Shown here piece by piece: positions 7,484 to 16,211 of a stretch of 28,879 bases of DNA. The notes beneath the pieces were generated by a model, which had not been told where the DNA came from, searched no databases, and saw nothing but the letters and a program-made list of their open reading frames with translations. Positions within the stretch are counted from its first letter, which is position 1; each line of letters opens with the position of its first letter. The DNA is from a virus (Duplodnaviria; Caudoviricetes): IMG/VR virus record IMGVR_UViG_3300025103_000114, positions 1-28,879 of that record; one strand, given 5' to 3'. Position numbers and translations under genes: made by a program.

Positions 7484-7919
7484 GTTATTAGAAAACTCTA
7501 TATTAAAAGTAGGTGCAGCATTAACTTGTCTAGCACAGAATATTTATTTCGAGTCGCGTGATCAATCTACAGTTGGTCAGATAGCTGTAGCAGAAGTTAC
7601 TTTAAATCGCGTGGCAGACCCACGTTGGCCTAATGATGTTTGCTCAGTTGTAAAGCAAGGACCAACCTACAGGTGGAAGAAGACCTATCCAATTAAACAT
7701 AAGTGTGAGTTCTCTTGGTACTGTGATGGTAAATCAGATGAACCAAAGAATGTAAATGCGTGGAAAAAATCTATGCAGGTAGCTAGATATGTTTATCATA
7801 GTGATGGGAAAATGAGGATAGTAGAAGACGCAAAATATTTCCATGCTAAATATATAGACCCAGGATGGACAAAATTAAAAAAGGTTATTACTATCGGCGA
7901 TCACATATTTTATAAGTGA
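7482..7919 (+). CDS. SleB/Hydrolase_2 family cell-wall hydrolase
   Basis: CLA.NIYFESR (catalytic Glu), AVA.V.LNRV, C.VV.Q, C.FSW.CDG, IG.HIFY. Confidence 0.92.
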   Translation: MLLENSILKVGAALTCLAQNIYFESRDQSTVGQIAVAEVTLNRVADPRWPNDVCSVVKQGPTYRWKKTYPIKHKCEFSWYCDGKSDEPKNVNAWKKSMQVARYVYHSDGKMRIVEDAKYFHAKYIDPGWTKLKKVITIGDHIFYK

Positions 7920-7925
7920 GGTGAC

Positions 7926-8153
7926 ATGACAAATTACAGAAAAAGATATATTGCAGCAGGTAAGATGTACGCATCAGACGATGTATATTATTGGGAGTGT
8001 CTATCGAAAAAACCTACGACTGAATTGAAAGCAGAGATAGAGTTATATGCAAGACTTTGGGGTGACGAATACGTTGAACTAGCAGTGCGTGAAGTAGATA
8101 AAAATTCTGATTATAAATTGTTTGATATGGTTGGGGTAACTTGCAATGACTGA
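7926..8153 (+). CDS. Hypothetical protein, 75 aa
   Basis: GAGGTG RBS; overlaps polymerase start. Confidence 0.75.
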   Translation: MTNYRKRYIAAGKMYASDDVYYWECLSKKPTTELKAEIELYARLWGDEYVELAVREVDKNSDYKLFDMVGVTCND

Positions 8154-10230
8154 TTATGCATTAGTTATAGACCTTGAAGTTGATCTTGGGGGTAATCGCA
8201 AAGACCCCTCACCGTATAACAAGGACAACACCTTAGTAGCTATAGGGTATACTTACAGAGCATTAGATGGTTCACCTATATGGGACAGCGGTGGGGTTGT
8301 AAAAATAAAGAAATTTCCTGTAGACAATCATTATCTTTATGAATTTCAAGAAGCAATAAATGAAGCTACATACATCGTAGCACACAACGCTAAGTTTGAC
8401 CTGGCATGGTTACGCGAGGTAGGCATAGAGTGTGACATAAAGATTATTGATACCATGATCAGTGAATATGTATTGAGCAAGGGTATACGAAATAAACTTT
8501 CGTTAGATGCTTTATCTACGAAATATAATGTTATTCGTAAACAAAGTTTACTTAGCGATGCACTGAGTAAAGGTTTGAACTACTCAGATATGTCTGAAGA
8601 AGATCAGAGAAAGTATTTATACTACGATGTAATGTCTACTGCTGAAGTATTTGAGAAGCAGCAAAAGAGATTTCAATTAGAAAAGAATAAATCTTTAGTT
8701 GCTATTCGTGATCTCATGTGTCAGTTCTGTTCTGTCTTAACTGATATAGAGAGGTCAGGCATGGCTATTGACCTTACTGTATTAGATCAAGTTGATCAGG
8801 AATATGAGAAAGAACAGGCTGACTTAAATTCATACCTAAGTCAGAAAGTTCGTTCTTTAATGGGTGATCTAGATGTTAATCTATCTTCCCCCGAACAGCT
8901 ATCTCAAGTAATCTATTCATGTAAGTTACTTGATAAGAATACTTGGAAGGATCAAATGAACATTGGTCTAGATGACAGAGGTAAACCTTTACTTAGACCC
9001 AACATGGATATTAAATCTTTTAGGGATGTTCTCTCTAAATGTTTTAAACGCGCACACAAAGTTAGGTCAATCAAATGTGTGTCCTGTTATGGTAAGGGTG
9101 GATACTTTAAGATTAAGAAAGATGGTACTAACTTTAAGAAGGAGACTAAATGCCCTGAATGTTTAGGCAAGGGTACAACATATCAGGATTTACCAGATAG
9201 AGGTGGTCTTAATCTATCTCCTAGAGTATCTCTAGCTTCTGCCGGAGGCTTCAAGACAGACAAGGGTACACTTACTACACTTCTTAATGAGGTTACTGAT
9301 CCTGAAGCTAAGAAATTCTTGGAATCCATAGTAAGACTGTCAGCAATCGAAACATATAGGTCTGCCTTTATTGAAGGTATACGGAAGGGTATTAAATCAG
9401 ATGGTTTACTTCATGCTAATTTTAATCAGTGTATTACTGCAACTGGTAGGCTAAGTAGTAGTAGTCCTAATCTACAGAATATGCCTAAAGGTAGGCTATT
9501 TCCTGTACGAAAAGCATTTGTTAGTAGATTTGATGGAGGTTCGCTTGTCGAAATTGATTACTCTCAACTTGAGTTTAGGATTGCAGGAATACTCGCAACT
9601 GATGAAACAGTTAAACGAGAAGTCGAATCTGGCTTTGACGTTCACGCCTACACTGCCAAAGTCCTCACAGACAATGGCGAACCTACTGAAAGAGGGGCAG
9701 CAAAAGCTTCCACCTTCCGTCCTTTGTATGGGGGAACCCAAGGTACACCTGCTCAGAGAACCTATTTTAAAGAGTTCTTCGGAAAGTATAGAGGTATATT
9801 TAAATGGCATGAACAGCTTCAGAATGAAGCCATAAAGTTTAAAGTAGTTAAGACTGCTACAGGCAGACAGTTTAGTTTCCCTGATTGTGAAAGAAACCTG
9901 TCAGGGTCTGCCACATTTAAAACACAAATAGTAAATTATCCAGTGCAGTCCGTAGCAACTGCTGAGATAGTTCCATTGGGAGTAATCATATTATTTAACA
10001 AGTTAAGGGAGATGAAATTAAACAGCATCGTTATAAATACAGTGCATGACAGTGTTCTAATTGACACACATCCAGATGAACTAGATATAGTCAAGTCAGT
10101 GGCACCAGGATGTTTAGTTGATGCCCAATCTGAAGCTAAGAGAAGATTTGGATTAAGTGACTATATACCACTTGAGGTTGAGATGTCTCAAGGGAAAGAT
10201 TGGATGCATCAGGAGGGTGTAGATGTATGA
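8146..10230 (+). CDS. Family A DNA polymerase with 3'-5' exonuclease and DnaJ-like zinc-finger insert (HMO-2011 type)
   Basis: Exo DLE, HNAKFD, YLYYD; TGRLSSSSPNLQN; motif A DYSQLEFR, motif B RGAAKASTFRPLYG, motif C VHDS; CVSCYGKG and CPECLGKG. Confidence 0.97.
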   Translation: MTDYALVIDLEVDLGGNRKDPSPYNKDNTLVAIGYTYRALDGSPIWDSGGVVKIKKFPVDNHYLYEFQEAINEATYIVAHNAKFDLAWLREVGIECDIKIIDTMISEYVLSKGIRNKLSLDALSTKYNVIRKQSLLSDALSKGLNYSDMSEEDQRKYLYYDVMSTAEVFEKQQKRFQLEKNKSLVAIRDLMCQFCSVLTDIERSGMAIDLTVLDQVDQEYEKEQADLNSYLSQKVRSLMGDLDVNLSSPEQLSQVIYSCKLLDKNTWKDQMNIGLDDRGKPLLRPNMDIKSFRDVLSKCFKRAHKVRSIKCVSCYGKGGYFKIKKDGTNFKKETKCPECLGKGTTYQDLPDRGGLNLSPRVSLASAGGFKTDKGTLTTLLNEVTDPEAKKFLESIVRLSAIETYRSAFIEGIRKGIKSDGLLHANFNQCITATGRLSSSSPNLQNMPKGRLFPVRKAFVSRFDGGSLVEIDYSQLEFRIAGILATDETVKREVESGFDVHAYTAKVLTDNGEPTERGAAKASTFRPLYGGTQGTPAQRTYFKEFFGKYRGIFKWHEQLQNEAIKFKVVKTATGRQFSFPDCERNLSGSATFKTQIVNYPVQSVATAEIVPLGVIILFNKLREMKLNSIVINTVHDSVLIDTHPDELDIVKSVAPGCLVDAQSEAKRRFGLSDYIPLEVEMSQGKDWMHQEGVDV

Positions 10231-10624
10231 GCAACTAAGTTTATTTAAAGTTGAAGTAACAAATGAAGAGGACACAATAGTATGCAGACATTGTAACGTA
10301 GAAAAACCTTTAATGATGTTTAGGTTATACAGGAGAGCAACAGGAGATCACAGGCAAAGTAGAAGCACATCTTGCAAAGAATGTCAAAAATCACATAGCA
10401 GGGTAGTTGATATTATAAGAAAGACCGCACCTCCTCAGACTACTTCTTGTGCTATATGTAAAAAGAAAGATATAAAAACTGTTTTGGATCACTGTTATGA
10501 AACTGAAACATTTAGAGGTTGGTTATGTCATCACTGTAATTTAGCGATTGGACTTTTAGGAGATGATATAGAGGGACTAACAAGAGCATTAAAATATTTA
10601 AAAAATGACTTGACAAATGAGTAA
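10223..10624 (+). CDS. Endonuclease VII-like HNH endonuclease
   Basis: CAIC...LDHCY.T..FRGWLCHHCNLAIG.LGDD; extra N-terminal CRHC...CKEC zinc site. Confidence 0.9.
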   Translation: MYEQLSLFKVEVTNEEDTIVCRHCNVEKPLMMFRLYRRATGDHRQSRSTSCKECQKSHSRVVDIIRKTAPPQTTSCAICKKKDIKTVLDHCYETETFRGWLCHHCNLAIGLLGDDIEGLTRALKYLKNDLTNE

Positions 10625-10638
10625 ATTTGTGGTATAAA
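10610..10638 (+). promoter_or_regulatory. Sigma70-type promoter for the SSB/nuclease/RNR genes
   Basis: TTGACA 10610-10615, 17-nt spacer, TG-extended TATAAA 10633-10638. Confidence 0.8.
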
Positions 10639-10665
10639 GGTTTCTTTTTTTAGAAAGGTTAGAAT

Positions 10666-11490
10666 ATGAGTAACTTAGCAACATTAGACTTAAATGCAGA
10701 TGATCTATCTGCTTTATATTCTACAATGGATTCAGGCCCATCATTAGCTAGGGCTAGAATAAACAAGGATAGTTCAATAGAGGTTGGGGAAGAACTAGTA
10801 GATGTACCTTCACCTTCTATTGCATTGTCTCATCCTGATTATGGTGAAGTATATTCAAAGAATAGTTACTTCAGAATATTCCTGGATACAATGCAGACTT
10901 CTGTGTTTGATGCAGATCAAGAAAAGTTCAGCAACATATCGCAGCACTTTAAGAACTTCTCTGAGACTGCCCTCGATTGGTTTGGGGGTGATAAGTGTGG
11001 GTGGATACCTGCCAGAGAGAAGGAGAAGCTACGAGGTATAGACCCTGTAGCATACGCTAATGCGACTAAGGTTAAGTTGTATCGACATATCTTTGGTCTA
11101 ATAAAAATGGATGATCCAGTTGTAGCAGGATCAGAAGAAAAGATAAAAATAGAAGATGTACCTTTTCGTATGAAGTTAGGCCCATCAAACTTTATGGAAG
11201 TAAGTAAGGTTATGGGTGGTATGATTAAACAGCAATACATGCCTCTTAACTTTGATATGAAGATATCTTTTAAGCAAGAGAAACGAGGCTCTAACAAATG
11301 GTTTGTACTGAAGTATCAGCCTATGTTAAATAAGATGCATCCTCTTACAGATGAATTAAGAGAATACCTATCTGGCTTTGTTGATTTAGTTAGGCGAGAG
11401 AACGAACAAGTTGCCACTAAGATGAGAGAAAACTCATCAGGCTTAGATATTAACGATGATGACTTTAGTGACATCATAGATGGCGACTAA
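10666..11490 (+). CDS. Probable ssDNA-binding / recombination protein
   Basis: Lies between polymerase and exonuclease; acidic tail DINDDDFSDIIDGD; function inferred from synteny and tail only. Confidence 0.55.
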   Translation: MSNLATLDLNADDLSALYSTMDSGPSLARARINKDSSIEVGEELVDVPSPSIALSHPDYGEVYSKNSYFRIFLDTMQTSVFDADQEKFSNISQHFKNFSETALDWFGGDKCGWIPAREKEKLRGIDPVAYANATKVKLYRHIFGLIKMDDPVVAGSEEKIKIEDVPFRMKLGPSNFMEVSKVMGGMIKQQYMPLNFDMKISFKQEKRGSNKWFVLKYQPMLNKMHPLTDELREYLSGFVDLVRRENEQVATKMRENSSGLDINDDDFSDIIDGD

Positions 11491-12346
11491 TCTTTCTGAG
11501 AAGATTGAAGATTTCCTAGCAAACGATCCGAAAATCCCTGATGATATTATATTCAGGGCTAGTCAGATGTTCAATAACAAACTAGGTAAATTCAACTTCA
11601 AGAGAAAAGGGGGAGCAAAGCTTCCCTCTATGTCTCAAGTAGGTAAACCATTTTGTCAGTTACATGCTGAGAAATTGGGATGGGAAAAACTACCAGAGGT
11701 AAATTCGTTTAAGATAAAGATGCTGTATGGTGATATGACTGAGGTTATTGCAGTCGCTTTGTTACTAGCAGCAGGTGTAGAAATAGTAGACTTAAATAAA
11801 AGAGTTATGCTACCAACAGAGCATGGTATAATAAATGGAGAGCTTGATTTAATCATACGTGACGGTAACTCCTACTCCCTTTGGGATATTAAGAGTGCTT
11901 CTAGGTTTGCATTTGATAAAAAGTTTGCATCTTATCAGGCGTTAAAAGACAATGATGACTTTGGTTATCTAGAACAGTTATTTGGATATACTAAAGCAGA
12001 ACGCGAAGAAACACCTGATATAAAGGCAGGTGGTTGGATAGCCATCAATAAAGAATCGGGAGAAATGAAGGTTGTACCTGCTGATCCTGATGATGAAGAA
12101 CTGTATACTAAGAAGATCAACAACACTCTTAATAAGTACATTGAAGCAGACGAGAATAACTTTAAACGATGTTTTGAAGATGAGCCTGAAACATTTTATA
12201 GAAAAACAACAGGTAATCGTAAGCTTCACAAGACTTGTGGGTATTGTAACTTTAGATACTCTTGTTGGTCTGGCTTAGTGTATGCCCGTAACCCTAAATC
12301 AAAGGCAGCTAATGCCTACAACTACTACACAGTCTTCAAGGATTAA
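11480..12346 (+). CDS. PD-(D/E)XK (Cas4/RecB-like) exonuclease
   Basis: MSQVGKPFCQL, GELD..I, WDIKS, GY..QL.GY, C-terminal CGYCNFRYSCW. Confidence 0.88.
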   Translation: MATNLSEKIEDFLANDPKIPDDIIFRASQMFNNKLGKFNFKRKGGAKLPSMSQVGKPFCQLHAEKLGWEKLPEVNSFKIKMLYGDMTEVIAVALLLAAGVEIVDLNKRVMLPTEHGIINGELDLIIRDGNSYSLWDIKSASRFAFDKKFASYQALKDNDDFGYLEQLFGYTKAEREETPDIKAGGWIAINKESGEMKVVPADPDDEELYTKKINNTLNKYIEADENNFKRCFEDEPETFYRKTTGNRKLHKTCGYCNFRYSCWSGLVYARNPKSKAANAYNYYTVFKD

Positions 12347-12701
12347 AGTTTCTTCCGCGAAGGCAAAGGGAAGAAGACTCCAACAGTGGGTGCGTAACTA
12401 TCTTCAACAACATCTTAAAGGTGTGGAAGAGGATGATGTTACGTCTACTCCTGGTGGAGTTAATGGACCTGATATAGGCTTGTCTCCACTGGCAAGGAAG
12501 TTATTTCCTTGGACCGTAGAGTGCAAGTCTAGGTCTTCCTTTTCTATATACTCTGCTCTTGAACAAGCAGAAAAGAATTTGATTAAAAGCACAAAGCCGA
12601 TTGCCATACTTAAAGGTGATCGTAAAAAGCCAATGGCATTACTATATGCTGAGGATTTATTGGAGATACTAATATGTTCGACGAAAAAGAACAAAAAATA
12701 G
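12312..12701 (+). CDS. Holliday-junction-resolvase-like endonuclease
   Basis: SAKAKGRRLQQWV, G..GPDI.LS, FPWTVECK, A..QA; start taken at ATG 12312 (AAGG upstream), track start 12282. Confidence 0.8.
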   Translation: MPTTTTQSSRIKVSSAKAKGRRLQQWVRNYLQQHLKGVEEDDVTSTPGGVNGPDIGLSPLARKLFPWTVECKSRSSFSIYSALEQAEKNLIKSTKPIAILKGDRKKPMALLYAEDLLEILICSTKKNKK

Positions 12702-12997
12702 TTCATCAGATAACAGTACCAGACAATACCTTTGGTATATTTTGTCATTATGATGATCAGAATAGAACAGTAGAAATATTTGTAGGGGATTTTGCATCAG
12801 AAAAGATGCAAGGCTCAGAACCACACCAGATGCTGTTAGATATAGGTGACAGTATAACGATGATGCTAGAAGCTACTATTCAAACTGCAATTTCTCAAGC
12901 CATAGATAAAACTAACGTAGAATTAAAACCAGTTAATCGTGTTAAGCAACGCGATGGTAATATAGTTTACGCAAACTTCTCTAAAAGGATACATTAA
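12674..12997 (+). CDS. Hypothetical protein, 107 aa
   Basis: GGAG RBS; C-terminal GNIVYANFSKRIH motif. Confidence 0.8.
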   Translation: MFDEKEQKIVHQITVPDNTFGIFCHYDDQNRTVEIFVGDFASEKMQGSEPHQMLLDIGDSITMMLEATIQTAISQAIDKTNVELKPVNRVKQRDGNIVYANFSKRIH

Positions 12998-13272
12998 TGA
13001 ACGATATGGTCAATAAACCACCTCACTATAATCAAAATGGTATCGAATGCATTACCGCAATTGAGGCCGCTACAGGTAAAAACTTCAAATACTATTTACA
13101 AGGTAATGTACTCAAGTATTTATGGAGATTTGACTATAAAGGTGATCCTGTAAATGATTTAAGGAAAGCTGAGTGGTATCTCAATAGGCTTATTAAAGAA
13201 GTTACTATAGATGAATTAGGACAAGAAGAGGTAGTAGTAGTAAATGAAGACACATACAGTAATTCAGGGTAA
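12997..13272 (+). CDS. DUF3310 family protein (T7 gp1.7 nucleotide-kinase-like)
   Basis: VNKPPHY, IECI.AI, GNVLKYLWR..YKG, DL.KAEWYL. Confidence 0.9.
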   Translation: MNDMVNKPPHYNQNGIECITAIEAATGKNFKYYLQGNVLKYLWRFDYKGDPVNDLRKAEWYLNRLIKEVTIDELGQEEVVVVNEDTYSNSG

Positions 13273-13277
13273 TCATT

Positions 13278-13454
13278 ATGGTAGTATTTGTTAGAATAGC
13301 TGCTAACGTAGACAGGGATGCTTCATGGATTCCTGCCGACGGAGCAAGGGGATTAGAGACTGAGCTAAAAGACTTAATCTCTTCATCAATTAAAGACTGC
13401 ATAGATGGTTTAGAAATTACACGTATAAAGGTTATAACAGATGACGACATTTAA
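13278..13454 (+). CDS. 58-aa hypothetical protein (not in ORF track)
   Basis: MVVFVRIAANVDRDASWIPADGARGLETELKDLISSSIKDCIDGLEITRIKVITDDDI*; fills the gap and overlaps the RNR start. Confidence 0.7.
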   Translation: MVVFVRIAANVDRDASWIPADGARGLETELKDLISSSIKDCIDGLEITRIKVITDDDI

Positions 13455-15147
13455 ATCTAATATGAATCCTATGTTTCGTTCTAAATTCTCTGAAGATATT
13501 TTTCATCTAAAGTATGCCCATACTGGTTGTGATACTTGGGAACAACTAGCTAGAGTACTAGTAGAAGATGTATGTGGAAAGCTACGCCCTGATGAAGAAG
13601 CTTTAATGCGTAAGGAAGAACGTAAAGAGTTACAAAGATATATTACTGAGTTAAAATTTGTTCCTGGTGGGCGTTATATTTATTATGCTGGTAGGGAAAG
13701 ACGTTTTTATAACAACTGTTTCTTGTTGTCTGCTGAAGAAGACACAAGGGAAGATTGGGCTAATCTTAGTTGGAAATCTGAATCCTGTCTTATGACGGGT
13801 GGTGGTATAGGAATTGACTACTCTATTTATAGAGAGTCAGGAAGATCATTGGGTGGCTCTGGTGGACTAGCGTCTGGCCCTATACCTAAAATGCAGATGA
13901 TTAACTCCATCGGAGCCAATGTCATGCAAGGTGGGTCACGTAGGTCTGCTATGTATGCATCTCTTAATTGGAAGCATAATGATATCCCTAGCTTCTTGAC
14001 TGCTAAAGATTGGGATACAATGCCTGTAGGTGATACAGGATTTACCCTTAAACAGATTAAAGAACAGGACTTTAACTTTCGCGCCCCTCTAGACATGACT
14101 AATATTAGTGTAAATTATGATACAGAGTGGTTGTTAAACTACTGGAAGACAGGAGATGTTGGTGAGGTATTTAAAAGCAATGTTAAGCAAGCACTTAGAT
14201 CAGCGGAACCTGGGTTTAGTTTTAATTTTATGGACAATGAAAAGGAAACCCTAAGAAATGCCTGTACTGAAGTTACTTCTGCTGATGACAGTGATGTGTG
14301 CAATTTGGGGAGTATTAATTTGGGACGTATTGACTCGATTTCAGAATTAGCAAGAGTAGTCGAGTTAGGAACCAAGTTTTTACTGTGTGGTACATTAAAA
14401 GCAGAGCTACCCTACGAGAAAGTGTATTCAATTAGGCAAAAAAATAGACGTTTAGGATTAGGTCTAATGGGTATGCATGAATGGTTAGTAAAGAGAGGAG
14501 AAAAATATGAAGTTACCCCAGAGTTACATAAATGGCTGTCGGTGTATAAAGGAATCAGTGATGACATCTCTAAGAAATTTTCTGATGAGTTGTCGATATC
14601 AAGACCCGTTGCAAACAGGGCTATTGCTCCTACTGGCTCTATTAGCATTCTCGCTGGTAGCTCCAGTGGGATAGAACCTATCTTTGCTGTAGCATATAAA
14701 CGTAGATACCTGACAGGTGGTACTAGGTGGAAGTATCAGTATGTTATTGATGCAGCCGCACAAGAATTAATAGATATGTATGGTGCTAATCCTGATAAGA
14801 TAGAGTCTGCATTAGATTTAGCAGATGACTACGAAAGAAGGATTAAGTTTCAAGCTGATGTTCAGGACTATGTGGACATGAGTATTAGCTCTACTATTAA
14901 TCTACCTTCTTGGGGGTCTAAATTTAACAATCAAGATACAGTAGATGAGTTTGCTAACACATTAGCTTCTTATGCTCACCGTTTAAGAGGGTTTACTGCT
15001 TATCCAGATGGATGCAGAGGTGGACAACCCCTCTCTGTAGTACCATATAGTGAAGCAATAGATAAGTTAGGAACAGAATTTGAAGAACACGTTGAGACAC
15101 ATGATATCTGTGATATTACCAACTCAGGAGGAGTATGTGGCGTATAA
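13441..15147 (+). CDS. nrdJ: Class II (adenosylcobalamin-dependent) ribonucleotide reductase
   Basis: PGGR, NNCF, GGGIG, RRSA, EPG, NACTE (radical Cys), CNLGSIN, RRLGLG, APTGSIS, GIEP, C-terminal Cys pair; no beta subunit adjacent. Confidence 0.88.
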   Translation: MTTFKSNMNPMFRSKFSEDIFHLKYAHTGCDTWEQLARVLVEDVCGKLRPDEEALMRKEERKELQRYITELKFVPGGRYIYYAGRERRFYNNCFLLSAEEDTREDWANLSWKSESCLMTGGGIGIDYSIYRESGRSLGGSGGLASGPIPKMQMINSIGANVMQGGSRRSAMYASLNWKHNDIPSFLTAKDWDTMPVGDTGFTLKQIKEQDFNFRAPLDMTNISVNYDTEWLLNYWKTGDVGEVFKSNVKQALRSAEPGFSFNFMDNEKETLRNACTEVTSADDSDVCNLGSINLGRIDSISELARVVELGTKFLLCGTLKAELPYEKVYSIRQKNRRLGLGLMGMHEWLVKRGEKYEVTPELHKWLSVYKGISDDISKKFSDELSISRPVANRAIAPTGSISILAGSSSGIEPIFAVAYKRRYLTGGTRWKYQYVIDAAAQELIDMYGANPDKIESALDLADDYERRIKFQADVQDYVDMSISSTINLPSWGSKFNNQDTVDEFANTLASYAHRLRGFTAYPDGCRGGQPLSVVPYSEAIDKLGTEFEEHVETHDICDITNSGGVCGV

Positions 15148-15337
15148 AAAACGTAGGAGATATCCTTTTCCTATGAGAGATATTGTTCATCAGGGTAGAT
15201 TAGGGTTTAGAAGAAATAGAAACAACCCTTTCCCTTCTAGTTCTGATCGCCATAAAGAATGGTTACGTGGATATAATTTAGAATACTCCTCTAACCTAAA
15301 AAAACTAGAAACTACAAGTGCAACAACTTTAATTTAA
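15137..15337 (+). CDS. Basic small protein with Rmf/CrpP-like signature
   Basis: AGGAGG at 15126-15131 then GTG 15137; QG..GF....NPF......KEWLRGY. Confidence 0.6.
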   Translation: MAYKKRRRYPFPMRDIVHQGRLGFRRNRNNPFPSSSDRHKEWLRGYNLEYSSNLKKLETTSATTLI

Positions 15338-15344
15338 GGAGGTT

Positions 15345-15782
15345 ATGATGAATAAAATAATAGGAGGTTACATTGCTTTATGTTTATCTATGTTCTATGT
15401 TTCCCCAACGTATGCACAAACAAAACCACCACCAGACCCAGACTCAACAAGTAATCCAGGAACGCAGTGTCGGCCTATGGAAGACGCTATTAAACATATT
15501 AAAGATACCTTCGGGGAACACTTAATCTTTAGGGGTTTGTCTGTTAGAGGACACGTAACTACTGTATACTATAATGCAACTACAGGTACGTGGACTGCGC
15601 TGATTTTATACCCCACGCTACAACATAAAATGTGTGTAGTTGATTCAGGATCAGTTGGAGAGGCCGTGGACGAAGACCCCGCTAACAAAATTAGTACCGA
15701 TCCACTAGAAGGAGTTCCTTGGTATCGTAGATTTTTTAATATTAACGTAGATAACGAATATTTTCTAAGATTTTTCCAGTAA
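15345..15782 (+). CDS. Secreted/periplasmic hypothetical protein
   Basis: AAGGAGG RBS; signal peptide ending TYA, Pro-rich linker, two Cys in mature domain, N..TGTWT motif. Confidence 0.8.
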   Translation: MMNKIIGGYIALCLSMFYVSPTYAQTKPPPDPDSTSNPGTQCRPMEDAIKHIKDTFGEHLIFRGLSVRGHVTTVYYNATTGTWTALILYPTLQHKMCVVDSGSVGEAVDEDPANKISTDPLEGVPWYRRFFNINVDNEYFLRFFQ

Positions 15783-15811
15783 AAATGCCTAAATTGAGTA
15801 TATGGCATTTT
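15782..15811. repeat. Inverted repeat (operator or weak terminator)
   Basis: AAAATGCC-N14-GGCATTTT. Confidence 0.5.
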
Positions 15812-15891
15812 AAGGTATGCTAGAGAGGATGTAGGTAAAATCTGGACTATACCCCCTACAGGTATTGCTTACACCCCTTTCTGGCCCCTTA
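15811..15891 (+). other. Long imperfect RNA hairpin (candidate RNase III site or small structured RNA)
   Basis: 15811-15844 pairs with 15859-15891 over about 29 bp including five G-U pairs. Confidence 0.6.
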
Positions 15892-15924
15892 TACGAAGCC
15901 GTTTTTTTAAAAATGGGACAAAAA

Positions 15925-16200
15925 ATGGAAGATGAACACGTTGGAGTTACGATTGTTACTAAGACACCACTATACACTATTGATTGGTACGTAAAATGGT
16001 TTTCATCAATTATCCTGATGATAGGAATGCTATTAACGTCTAATAATATCTTTCCCCTAAACTTGTATTTTCATTTTTTAGGAATAGGGGGATGGTTAAT
16101 AGTGGGCATGTTGTGGAATGACCGATCATTAATAGTAATAAATACTTTTGCATTAGCGACTTTAACAACTAGTCTATTTAGAATACATTTTGAAATGTAA
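15925..16200 (+). CDS. Small three-helix membrane protein (DUF6552-like)
   Basis: KW.SS..L..G.LLTS.NI.PLN...G..GW..VG.LW.DR; start taken at ATG 15925 (GGGA 6 nt upstream). Confidence 0.75.
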   Translation: MEDEHVGVTIVTKTPLYTIDWYVKWFSSIILMIGMLLTSNNIFPLNLYFHFLGIGGWLIVGMLWNDRSLIVINTFALATLTTSLFRIHFEM

Positions 16201-16211
16201 GGAGAAAGGAG

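Noticed and set aside
11480-12346. Cas4-like nuclease as evidence of a CRISPR system
   Set aside because: No repeat-spacer array or other cas genes seen; solo Cas4-like exonucleases are routine in phage replication modules
4593-13248. 22/24-nt match between 4593-4616 and 13225-13248 (EEVVAVNE / EEVVVVNE)
   Set aside because: Low-complexity GTA/GAA codon runs inside coding sequence, only two copies; likely chance
330-15808. Minus-strand ORFs in the + block (e.g. 330-671, 893-1180, 3342-3809, 5705-6052, 10917-11297, 13827-14648)
   Set aside because: Antisense shadows of well-supported genes, with no RBS or recognisable motifs
15811-15891. tRNA or cobalamin riboswitch in the hairpin region
   Set aside because: No cloverleaf, T-loop GTTC or B12-box recognisable; it folds as a single long stem
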